Shown here: one piece after another, positions 33,901 through 47,000 of the stretch
Position numbering within the stretch: the stretch's first letter is position 1
Layout of the letters: every line of letters begins with the position of its first letter
Assembly (NCBI GenBank): GCA_965153285.1
Contig: OZ229114.1
Reading direction: 5' to 3' (one strand)
Length of the DNA stretch: 64,000 nt
From: Podarcis tiliguerta
Lineage: Eukaryota
Program-made: the position numbers and the translations under genes
Notes under the pieces: generated by a model
Seen by the model: only the letters and a program-made list of their open reading frames with translations
Databases searched by the model: none
Told to the model about the DNA's origin: nothing

Positions 33901-36900
33901 ATTTGCCCGACCTCCAGGCGGACAGCTATGTTAGACACACAAGAAGGGATCCCTAGCAGGCAGTGATAGAACTTAGTTTGGAATGATTCTAAGGGAGCAA
34001 GGTTTAAGAAGCTGCAGATCTGAGAGCATTATGTCAGTTGTGTTAATATTTTTGCAGCAAAGACCTGGGAGGCTGCTGGAATATATTGGTCCCTTTTTCC
34101 ATAGAAAAACGTTATAATAGCTTTGGTAGATCTTTGGGCATTTACAATAGTATTTTTAACCTGTTAATGCCACGGGCCCTTTTCCTGGAAGGTTAAACCC
34201 AGGTATTTAAAAGATGATACCTGTTCAATAGGTCGATTGTCAATTCTCCATTTGTGTCTTTCTTTTTTTAGAGAACACCATAACTTTCTATTTGCTATAG
34301 TTAATTGTTAATTGTATGGCATTACAATAAACAGTGGGAGATCTTAGAAGTTTTCTTAGGCCTATACAGGAGAAGGAAATTAGAACTGCATCATCCACAT
34401 ATAAGAGAACCGGGAGGGGTGTACCATCCAATTTAGGGGGGTGGGCATTTTCTTTCTCCATGTTTCCTACTAAGGAGTTAATATAGAAGTTGAATAAAGT
34501 AGGCGCAAGGACACAGCCTTGTTTAACACCATGGTAGGTTTGGATTTCCTTGGATAAATGGCCCTGTCAGTCACACCTAACCCGGACCCGAGTGTTTTCA
34601 TATAAACTGCCGATGAGACACAGTAGACGTCTGTCTATGTTTGAGGTGCTTAGTTTTCCCCAAAGCCTATCTTGTGATATTAAATCTGGCCCAACGGTCA
34701 ATTTAATCCAGTCCCTGTGGCAGTTTATTTCCTGGGGTAAAATCCCAAAAAAAGCTCAACATCTTTACAACTTTGGTCGGCCCTCATGCATGTTCACTTC
34801 ATCAAATCTGGCCCTCTTAGAAAAAAGTTTGGGCATCCCTGCCCTAGGGGTTTACAAAGTTTGCTTGGCTTTAGTTGTCAATTAAAAAATGGTGGTTGCC
34901 AGGACCCTGCCCCTTCTCCAATGGGCAGATTCCTGCCCTTGAAAGCATCATGCACGGCCAGGAACAATTTCCACTCTCCTAGGGTGGCAGATTGTTTCTG
35001 CAATTGTGCTGCATTTCCACTATGCTCCAAGTGCCTTGAAAGTGCATTGTGAAAAGGAGCCCCATTTGTTTTCTCCAACTTCTTTGTTCCTGGGAAACAG
35101 TATAGCTACAGGACAGTCCCCATCTCTCTCTTGTGGGTTTCAAGCTGGAGTGGAGTTCTGGGACTTTTTCTCCTGAGGTGCCTCAGAAATACAACAACGA
35201 AATAAGCAGCAGCCTTTCTCTCAACCTTGTAGTAAGAGAGGTAGGTAGCGATTGTCGGCACAGTTGCACTCTAGTTACAAGGTTGAGAGGAAAGCTGGTA
35301 GTTGTTGCACTCACCAGGTGAGGATAGTGAGTGGAATTATTGACTTTTGTCCTGGTGTGCTAGAATGTGAGCTTAGAGCATGTTGAAAAATTGTGTCCTG
35401 CTTGCATCCAGATGAAAAGTTTTGTACTGTATCCATTTTAGTAGTATCTCTGTGTTTCCAGTGTACTTTGTGTATGTGTTTAGAAATAATCCTACAGTTC
35501 TTTGCTTATAAGTACAAGGAAAGCTGTTCTATAAAGTACATATTTTTAGTAAGGGAACAATTGTGGTGCAAGCTTCTGCCCCTTCTTAAAAAAGTGGGAG
35601 TTTCTAGTTAGGTTTTCAGACCCCATAATGTGTATGATTTGGCAGCTAACTGGGTAGCCTGTCAAACTATTAACACCCTTGATAGAATGGATGGCCATGT
35701 GATCAGTGGATGACCTGGTACGTTATGTAGCACACAGTTCCTTGAGGGAATAGTGTGCATGTGTTTCTGATGCTTTCCAATTACTTGTTATTTTCTCCAG
35801 TTTGCATGAGGCACAGTATTTTTATTATGGCTTCTATCATTTTGCCTAGTATGCAGGATTTGATCTCACTGTTATCTAATAGATGCTGAAATCCATAATG
35901 TCTGGATGTGGAAACAAGATGTATCAGGTGGTTTCATATTTCTGTAGTCCCTTTGGGATGTTAGTGCATACTTCAGTCAGAAACACAGAAACAATGCTAA
36001 TAGCATTCCCAAATCTAAAAGCAAACTTAGGTCAGTGGAAATATCCTCAGAGAAAGAAAAGGTTATTGTTTTGCTGTTATTAGATGAGGGTCAACTGGAG
36101 TAGTCTGTTTCAGATAAAGTCATTTGGAAGTCCCTCCTGGGGAAAATAGGCTTGCATAAGGCTTAATTTTTCTCCTAGGGGTTGTCTTGGCTTGGCATTA
36201 CAGCTGAGAGAATTTATATGTATGTGGTGCTGTAAAAAGCAGTTAGTATGATTTGAGAAAATAGTAGATTTTTTTCCTGGTCAGTCTGGAGAGACATTAG
36301 AATTGCATGCATTTGTGTCATGCCTCCAACATTGCAAATCTTCTGTTGGAGGGTGTGGGGGATTTTTCTGTTTTTTATGTAAGCTGTGAGAGTCTTTTCA
36401 TTTCAACCACACTGTTGCTGATCATACTCTTTTCCCCCCCAGAGCCTCGTGGGCTGCTAAATTGTTCCATTAAGTTAAGGAAATCTAATTGCATTGAGAG
36501 CGTATTCGTTGCTTATGACTTTAATGCTTGTCTATTAAAAAAAAAAAACCCCTCTAGTGTTGCTTACAAAAACATGGTTTTAAATGTGCTTCAAGATTAG
36601 CAGAATATTTGCTGATGTCTTTATTTCTTATCCAGGTTCACCTTATTCTTTTTTTATTGCAAAATCATTAATCTGATTTATAGACAGTGCTCCTACCAGC
36701 ATAGAATTTCAGTCCATTGCCCTGATTACTACCTCCAATGGCTTTCTTTATTCCCAGGTGACTCCATGAACTGCAGCAATTTAGCTGTGGGTAGGGCTTT
36801 CCTAAATCTATAGATTCATTTCCTCGCTAGTTTAGAGCCCTTTGATATCCAGTTGCCAACACCTAAGCATAAAGCTTTCTGGAAGCATAAAAACAAGTAA

Positions 36901-39900
36901 TTTCATAATCTTAAACTGAGAGGTGGGTACTGCTGTCTGTTGAATCCTAAGGCAGAACATATAAATCTCTATAAATATGTGTATGTTTAAAGTGAAAAAC
37001 AATATAATAGAATGAAACAAACACTTATCTATAATCCGGATATGGCATGTTAAGACTAGGCATGAATCAAATTATCCTCCTTTTGCGATCTCTGACACAG
37101 CGGTGGAGAACAGGATCTGATTGGGCAGGTGGGGGTTGAGATTGTTTTCTCCCCCACCCTCATGGGCCACGTTTGACAGGTGGCTGGAGCCACCCATCGG
37201 CCAATCACTTTCCCCTCAGGAATCTTATGACTTTAATGTCCCTTTCAAAGGGCAATCTTGCTCAGTACTTTGCATAGGGGTTTGCAGGCACTGTGGGTCA
37301 ACTGATTGGTGGTGTTTGCAAACCTCCTTTTGGAGCCAGATTTTCCCCTGTCCCATGCCTGACGCCATATATGGCAGGTATAGGGCAGGTGGCTGTGGCT
37401 TGGTCTGCAGGCAGGAGGTTACCCACGCCTGCTGTAACAAAGTCTGTTCAGCTTGTTTTGTGGAAGGTCTCATTTCAAACCCCACCCAGACTGTGGTTTG
37501 CAGCGCTAACCATAATGCAGAACCCAGGCCATGATTTGAACTTTAAAAATTATACAGGCAAGCTGCTTCTGTACAGCCAGTCCTCCAGTCCTTGACTGCA
37601 GTGGCTTCTGAAGGTGGAACCATGGCCATAACTAGTTCAAAACCCATAGTTTGACAATTTTAACACCTCATGGTACCATACTTAAGCTTTCTAGTGTGAT
37701 ATCAGAATTGGTTTAAGGCACAGTAATCAGAATGGCAGTCAATTTTAGATCATGGTTTCTTTCAGAATCTCATAAATCGTGATATTCTAGTGAGGGAAAT
37801 GTTGAAGATGTGTGCATATAAGCAGTTAGGTTTTAGAAAATTAAGTGTAGGCTTTGCAGCCTTAGCCTGGTTTCATCTTGTGCTCCCCACTCCTGCCTAC
37901 AAGCAATAAGAAAATCCAGATTTGGGAGGGTGTGTATTGGGGAAAGGAGGGAGTGGAACCTCCTTACTATGGTTTGGTAACCAGAACAAAGCACGTTTGT
38001 TAAACTGATACAGTTACATAATTTCCATTAGTCTCTTTTCATTCAATTATAGCTATGAAATCACTATAAATATGCCTTGAAATTGTTACTTATACATTCT
38101 ATCTATTGGTCTCCTGACCTTTATGTCTACTCCTAGGGCAACTCATAAATGATGATAAAACAATGATGGATAAAGATTAACAAGCAGAATGATAAAAGCA
38201 ATTCAGATTGGTTTTAAGGGGAAGGGCTGTAACTCAGTAGAAGAACATCTCTTTTGTATGTAGAAGGCCTTAAGTTCAATCCCTGGCATCTCCTGGTAGC
38301 ACTTGGAAGGACACCTGTCTAAAATTTTGGTGAGCCACTGCCAGTCAGTGTAGACAGAACTGAGCTACATAGGACAATGGGCATCTTCCTATGTTCCTTG
38401 AGCTATGTTCCTAGATGCTGTTTTAAAAATCTGGGGAAATGAAAAAAGTATTTACGAAATGTAAAATATGTGCAAAGTTTACCTCCCTGGCAGGTACATT
38501 CCAAAGGTAGGAAAAGGCTTCTGAAGAAGTCAATCATAAGCTAGTCCCCAGGTCCTAAGCTGTACAGGGGTTTAATAGTAAGCATCAATACTGAAGGTAC
38601 CAAGTAAATCCAGTCAGCTGATGTGAAGTGACAGCCATCTTGAAATTACCTGCTCATGTGATTTAATATGAAGTAAAACTAATTGCTTTTTTGTTTAACC
38701 TTATTTGTGACAGTTTGGTTACTTTTATTGTTTGGAATCTTATTATAATTACTACTATTATAATATATTTATTTATACCTTACCTTTTTCATTGTTGGGA
38801 CTCAAGGCAGCTTACAGATAAAAAGTAGGAACTGCTAAAAAAGAAGAATAAATCATTAAAATACTCTCATTAAAATATAATTAGACCTTGATAGAATTAA
38901 AACTGCCTACATCTATGAAATCTGTTTAAATTTTTTATGATAACAATATGTACACTGCATGTAACTGAGTAAAGCTTTAACATTACAGTGGTACCTCGAG
39001 TTACAAATGCCTCAGGTTACAAACTCCACTAAGCTGGAAGAGTTACCTTGAGTTGAGAACTTTGCCCCAGGATGAGAACGGAAATTGAGAACTTTGCCCC
39101 AGGATATGCCGGCGGCGCAGCGGCAGCAAGAGGCCCCATTAGCGAAAGCACGCCTCTAGTTAAGAACAGTTTCAGGTTAAGAACAGACCTCTGGAATGAA
39201 TTAAGTTCATAACTAGAGGTACCACTCTATTTAAGCTCATGTCCTTTTAAAAAAATAACCCATGTTGCCAGTTTTAAAATGTTAATATGCTAGCTCAGAA
39301 AAATGCTGAGTCGATTTAAGATGGCTAAATAGTGATACCTTTTAATCACTGCAGTTACTGCAATACAAGCACCACCAGGTGGCGTGATGCTTCTGGTGAG
39401 AACTGGGGGTGAGAGGCTGAGCCCCTGTTCTGGTTAACTCTGTAGCTGCACAAAATGCAATGTGCTTGAAGTTCCACTTCTAGTCCTAAAAATCCATGAC
39501 CATCTGTAGTAGCCATCTGTCCCTTCATACCATATCCTGTGGAGATCACTTCAGAAACCTTGCAGTGCCTTTTCTCTTTTAGAGGAATTTCTAAAGTCAG
39601 GAATGGGATGATTGTGTGCTGAGAACTGTACAGGAGCCTAACTAAGATTCATAGCTGTGGAATTGAAGGACAACCAAGATTCACCAGAGAACTGGGTAAA
39701 GTCGTTCCAAAAGAATAACTGTGTTTTGCAATAAGTAAAGGAAGATGCAGAACAAGGTGTGACTGTTCTTGTAGAAAGCTTAGGCCTTGGGGGTATTAGA
39801 GACCTCACTGATAGGATCTCCTAGCTGTGGCAGGCCCTTGCACCCAAAGTGGTAATGGGAAATTATGGTGCAGGACCAAATAGCCCTTTTAGGTGAAACA

Positions 39901-42900
39901 AAGCTCTGTTTATCTTAGTGTCTTCAAAGCTATCTCCTCATCTAATCAAGGTAACTATGTAGAAAGGTCAAAGGCCTTCAGTACATTGAACAGTCGTAAA
40001 GATTGTGTAAAAGAAAAGATCTGAAAGTGCAGAGGCCTGGGGGCAAAGCTATTCTGTTTATTAATTCTGCCCTGGGAGATGAAAAGGTTGTTTTTTTAAA
40101 TGATTATACACCAAATAAATGAACAGGTTCAGCTGCATATTGTTAATCTCTTGCTGCAGATAGCAGTGCCATGTTTGGAATATACATTCAGGAAGCACAC
40201 TTTCCACAGATTAGGGGTTGTTTTTTTTGTTCTCCCCTTCCTTTCCTAAGTTTAAATTTGTGAGGAATGTTCTCATCTCTCCCTCCATTTTAAGTGTTCT
40301 TGTGATGCAGAGCTGGGGGCATTATGCTCTGCTGGGGTTTATGTTACAAGACACCAGTCCATATTAGCCTTTTCTTCTTCTTTTAAAAACACTTTTCTAC
40401 CTTTCCTCATGGATTACACATGACTCATGTGGGACTGAGTTGGAGTTAGGCAAGAGTTAAGTTTTTCCAAACTGCAAAGAATTGCAACCAAGAAATCCAT
40501 GGCCTCCCCAGGAAAAGAGGAGGAAGAGAATCAAGAGAGAAAATAAAACACACGTAGCCGGGAAGGCAGGTGCACTCCTTCGTCACCCCTGTGCACTTAC
40601 ATCCTTGATCTATTAGAGCGAAACCCTACTGACTCTGATAAATAAGAAAGAAATCCTCTTGAGTATGTGCAGTTTCTCATTTTAAATGTACTTAACTCAT
40701 GGCACCATCATGACTACAGGAATAGCATTGTGTTTCCTTCTGCTGCCCTGGTGCTAAGCGCTTTTACTTGTGAGAAAACATCATTTATATTTTTAAAGTA
40801 AAAGTACAGTCATAGCTCAGGTTACAGATGCTTCAGGTTGCGTGTTTACGGGTTGTGCACTGCGCCGAACCCGGAAGTACCGGAATGGGTTACTTCCGGG
40901 TTTCGGCAGTCGTGCATGCACAGAAGCGTTGAATTGCGACCCACGCGTGCGCAGACACGGCGCTGCAGGTTGCAATTGCTGCGGGTTGCAAATGTGCCTC
41001 CCGCACAGATCAAGTTTGCAACCCGAGCGTCCACTGTACTAAACTGAACATCTGTAATGTTGTGCATAGATCGGAAACTGTGTGTCTGGTTCAGTGGTGG
41101 TGTGATCCTGACATTACTGGGGTGGTTCTGAGTTGCTGTTATTCATGACTGAAGAAAAGACACTTGAAATGTGCCAAGGCACTCATATCTAAGGGGAGGG
41201 TCTTCACTTCAAGGATGCCAATAATAACTGTTTTTTAATCATTTCACAAAATGCCCAGTGTCTTGACTTCTGTCCTTTGAACTGCTCCTGAGTGAAGAAA
41301 GCCTTTGGTTCATACACAGGGATTTCAGAAAGGTCTGAAAGATGTCAGTTATTTGGGGCCTTAGATGTTGCTGTTCCTCCAGTCAATGACTGTCAGAGTG
41401 GCTTACAATAGATTTAACATATTTAAATTTGTGTGTGCATATGTGTAAAGAAAATTCAATTTTTTTATTCCTGCTGTGTTGTAACAGCTGTCAGAACACA
41501 CAGATATGAAGTAGGTAAAGCTTTTCCTATACACACTTAGTAGGAGCAAGTGTCGTTGAATTCATTGAGACTTTCTTCTGAGTAGATATGTATAGAGTAT
41601 ACTGTCAGACATCTTTTTTCTGGTTCTAGCTGTCTTACCTATTCCTCTCTTAGTCTGCTGCATTTAGCTTGACTCTTAGTCTGCTAACTTTTGGTTATCC
41701 CTGTCCTTGTAGCTGATAAAGTAGGTACATGCCTCCAAAAGCTCATAGCACGCTGAATTTATCTGTCCTTAAGATGACAGATGCTTCTCTGTATTTTGCG
41801 TTACCATCCTGTAATGGCAATTTTTCTTGAATTGTTGCTTTTCCCTTCCCAGTATTTGGCTCCGTTTAGGCACTGATAATAATCACTGAACTAAACTAAA
41901 GCTGTGAGCATAAGGTTGTTGTTAATGGGATTGCAATTCCTTTGGTCCCAGATGTTTCAGTCTGCGCTGGTCTATCTCTCATATATGAACCAGTCTGTGT
42001 TAGGCACTCTCTATAATGAGTGTTGCATGGTGGGTATGTATGTATGAGACATGGGTACCTCTTTATTTAGAACGCTGTTCAACCAGGAGCATAGAAAACT
42101 GCTATACTGATGGACACTGGCACTAGATGGATGCAGTATTGAATATATTGGCTTGTTTACTGTTTCCCTAACCGTTGAAATAATGAAGGCTAATGTGTAA
42201 AATGTGACCATGACTCTCAGTATCTTGGAGGCGCTCTCATTTGTATGTGAGGCTACTGCACTGAAAGGAGGAGTGGACCTAGAGTCTCGTGGTTTAAATT
42301 GACAGGCACGTGTGTCCCCTGGCATCATAAGACGGGCAAGACCTTTTCATGAAGCTGTGTTGGCTTTGCTGAGTCACTAAGCTAACCCATGATAACCCAT
42401 GACTTTCCTTCTTCCCACTACAGTCTGTGAATCCTTATATAGTGAAGCTGTCCATCATAGATGATGAGGCCACCCTCAATGTGAGTATGATGGATTAAGT
42501 GCTGTGAGTATTGCACATTATCCAGAGGACTAGGAATACAACAAGGAGCTGAACTGAATTAATTTTTTTAAAATCCCAAGACATTTTCAGAAGCTCTGAT
42601 TTCCATGATCATGACTGAAGTATTCCACAGTGTAAGAGAGGAATAAATCTATGATATAAGTAATGCAATAAAATATTTAACGAAGAAACAAAAAAATCTT
42701 TGAATGAGAAATTAATGGGATCTGTAGCAATGTGAAGCCTCCACATGTTTTTCCTGCCAAAGGGTATAGTCCTAATTTGGGGACATAGCTTTTGCCTCCA
42801 CCTATAGAACTGGTAATACAGAACTTTAGTTCCATTGTTTTCATATCTTTCTTCCAGAGTACCCAAGGCAGCATACATAGCTCTCTTCCCACCATAATTT

Positions 42901-44019
42901 TATACCTTCAGCAACCTGTAAAATAAATTAAGCCCGGGGGGAGGGGAGTGCTGTTGCCCCCCAGTGAGCTTCAAGGTTGCATATTGATTTGAACCTGGGC
43001 CTTCCAGTCCTAATCTGATATTCTTACCACTGCAAAAGCCTGGCTTACTTGAAATGAGTCTTACATCGAGAGGGACATGCAGTATGATCTTGTCAGATAA
43101 TGACAGAAGCCTGATCCCTGTAGCTTATATGGATCTAGTGCTATAAATTATTGGGGGTAATTTGGAGAATAAGCTTTTGGGGGGCAAAGGGCTCTGTCTC
43201 TGCTCTGCACTTGCTGTGTGGCTGTAACTGTAGGGAGTAGAACTCAACATCTTTCTCTGTTTTTACAGGGAATGGGTCTTGTAGTTGCTCAGGCTTTATC
43301 AGAATACAACCGGTAAGTCAAGTTAAGGCATATCTTTTTTTTACAGCAGCAAAAGGAGTTAACATCCCCTTCTGAGAAAACTTGCTGATGTGCCTGTCAG
43401 CTGCTTGCTTCGGCTGCCTGAAAATGTCTAGATCTTTGAGACGTTGTATTCCTGCTGTCATTCCAATCAGGAAATCTGTTTTTGGCCTTGCGTAGTAGAG
43501 GTTTGGTTTCACAGGGGAACTGCCAGGATTGCATTTACTTCCTTCTTCCTTTAATTGCCATTGGCTGTACCTTTTTGTGAACTGTCTGTAACATCTTCTG
43601 CTCCACCACTGATAGAAGACTAAGTGAATTGCTGTGTATTGCTTCTGACAGAAAATCTATTTTGGTTATAGGAGTTTTGAAATAAACATCTAACCCTGTA
43701 GAAATGATTAAGAGTGGATCAACTTTGTTATTCACTTCATCTAATGTCCACATATGAGCTCTGATGTGGGATCAGTTACTTAGAATAATAGAATTGTAGA
43801 GTTGGAAGACACGCTTTGAAAATAGGAAGTGGGCAAAAGCTGACTATTCCTCTTTTCTTTAAATACTGTTAAGAATTTGAGTCAAATCTTTTTTGCACAC
43901 CTAGGTTGGCAGCATCATGGCTTGATCTATCTGTTGCTGTCCTCTTTTTTTAGGCAGTATAAAGACAAGGAAGAAGAACACCAGAGTGGCTTTTTCTCAG
44001 CGTTGACTAACATGGTAAG

Positions 44020-44054
<35 letters not shown>

Positions 44055-47000
44055 GCTGGTCAGTGTTTGCTGTGCCAGGGGCCCAGTCCAATGCTTGTAA
44101 AAGAAAATGAAAATGATTTTCTTATATATGCTACATTAGGCTATGACTCTGGCTCCCCTGAAAATATATAGTGCCCATTTTACTTTAAGAATTGTGTGCC
44201 TGCTCAGCTTGAGGGAAAATTTCTATAGACCCTAATGCTGTGCAATATTGCTTATTTCCACAGGTCGGCAGCATGTTCATAGCTGATGCAGATGAGAAAA
44301 TCTCCGTTCAGTAAGTGCACCCAGCAGATAGCAATTTGCTGTTTTGATTGAGGAGTATAAAATGCTATCCATTGCTGACATTTAACTTAAAAATATAAAG
44401 CAAGAGAAATTTAACTCTAGCTCAGCAGCCAGGACTAGAGATGGCAGCAGGCAGTCTGGTACATGAGTGAATTAGCAGAAGTTTTAGTCAGATGGTTAGG
44501 GTATAGCATTTCTATTCTTACGCACTGAAACTGGAATGGAAATGGGGGCAAATAGGAAGGAGGAGTTACCATACATGGCATTTGGATATCCATGTTTTTG
44601 AGCAGATACAAGTAAATTATTTGGCACTGATGACCACATCAGAAATTTTGCCACAGTCAAGCAAACAAAAACATTGTTGATGCCTGCAACCTTCTGGGGC
44701 CATACCTATCCTGTGTGCTTCAAGTTGACCAGTTGGTTGTAGATGCTATGATCTTTCCTTTGTCCTTAATATTCCTTCCTTCTTATTTGGGGCTGGGGAT
44801 AACTAGAGCAGGGTGCTATATGTGAAGTGCAATAAATAAATGTTAAGTGCTGCAATAAATTGGGGTGGACGACTACATTTGTATAAAGTAAAAGTTACCT
44901 TCTATCAATGCATATGGGGTATGTGTAGATTTTTGCTAGGTGTCTAGTGGGTTTGGAAGTCCGGGGGGGGGGCGTGGAATACCCTGCAGGGACCCAGCTT
45001 TTTTTTCTTTTAAAAATAATTTTCATTAAATTACAAAATTACAAAAATACATTTTTTCAAGTTGTGTTTTCTACAGATCAGTTACATTTGTTGTGATACA
45101 TTAGTGTTGCATGCAGTATTAGACTGGGAAGAAAAGAGGGGGAGGGGGAGGGGGAATGGTGTGTGGGGTGGCGATGCTTCTATTATTCTACTTAGTGTAT
45201 GTGTGCGGTTTTGTGTCAGCGTCACTTGTGTGGGTTCTCTTTCTATTCGCTTGTTATGCTTCCTTGGTGGTAAGAGAGGTTGGTTGTCTTTGGTTGGCTG
45301 TAGTGAGATTTGTTTATGTGTGTGAGGGGGTGGGTTTTTGAGGGACCCAACTTTCTAATATAAATATGTCTTTGTTTATCATTCTGGGTATCCAAAGTTG
45401 CTGGGTAGTAAGGGCGGGGGAAGTGACCCATTATTTTACACTCATTTACTGCAGCACATCTTTTTCTCTTACATTCTTTTTGTAGAACCAATGAGGCTAT
45501 CCTTTTGGCTCTTTATGAAGCTGTTCACTTGAACCGAAACTTCATCACTGTGTTGGCACAGGTGGGATGAAATTCCTTTTTCTGGATTGGAATGCAAACT
45601 AAAATAGCTTCAGCATGCTGGAGATAGCTGTGCCAATGGACCTTGGAGCTCTTCCTGCCTTTTGTCAGATGTGGTGTTCTGCCACAATGGTTTGTTCACT
45701 TGGTGGTCTGCCACAAGAAGCAGGCTTTCTTCTGAATTTGATGGCTTAGGGAACAAATTCACAGTGCTTATTTGTTTCTTTCTGTTACCGCCCCCCCCCC
45801 CCCAATCTAAGTACTGTATGGACTCTGAGCCCTGAGGGTGAGATTCAGACTAGTTTGTTACTGAAAGCAAGTTTGTTACTGAAGCAAGATGTGATAGGTC
45901 CCTGGCGACTGCCAAGTGAGGAAGGATGCTTCAAGCTAGTTTAAAACTGGAGGATTGTTTGTGCAGTATTTGCATACCAAATGGCTCTTCTTTTATCCTA
46001 GTCTTCCTCAGGTTAAGTGTACATTGGTGGGAATCAACACTCTGCAGGCAAGGATAGCTAGTCCTGAAACAAGAAAGCTTTAGCTCAGTTGGGCCTGGGA
46101 AGACAGAAATTGCTTTGGTCCCCTAGATTTAAGGGTATTAAATTGTTCTGAGTCGAAAACTGCTCTATACTTTTTTTCCTACTCATAAGGTCTTTTGAAT
46201 GTTGCTTTCAATCTCTGGCCATTCTTTTTTATTTAATCAACCAGTAGTAAAAAGCCTTCTGCCCTCTCACCTGATTTAAAGGTTACTGGCATGGCTGTGG
46301 CATTTCCAGTCATCACTGCTCCTTGGTTTGTGCTCTTGTAATCTTCTCTAGAGCTGCATATGTTATGGCTTCTGCATGTTGGCTTTTGTGAAAAGCTGAG
46401 TTTTAATTTTTCTGCTTGTGCAGTTCTTGCAGGATTGGCTTCTGTTCTGGAGTGCAGTAAATGTAGTGGTATTTTATTTAATTAAGTTTGCATCAATTGG
46501 GTGTGTCTGTGTGTGTTAGCATACAGAACAGGGCTACTTTTCATGTGTGTTTGCTGGTATTGGAACCACAGCTAAAATTTGTGTAATTCATATGTGTTTA
46601 AGTTGTTTTGCTCATATTGTATATGTGCACAGGCTGGAGACTATAGAGCAGAGCTAAACAGGGAGGATATATGTTGGTCTAGTAGATTTTTTTGTCAAGC
46701 TATTGGGGAGTTGTTGTACCATGCACAAAATTACATTGATAGATGTGTTTTAGAAATGAGGTGCCAGAAATGAGGTGCTAGGTGGTGCTGTTATCCCTTA
46801 GCTGGCTCGGGAGTTATAAAACCTTATTATAGCAGCATGCAATCGTTTTATTGCATGGAAATAGAGTTGCCTGCCTGTAATATTTTCAATGGGCTGTATG
46901 TTTCAAAGCTTGCCCCAGAGATGGCTTTCTGAAATTGGGTCTACAACCATTGGCGATGTGCTCTCTTACAAAACGGGCTGGTAAGAGCCCATTAATAAAC

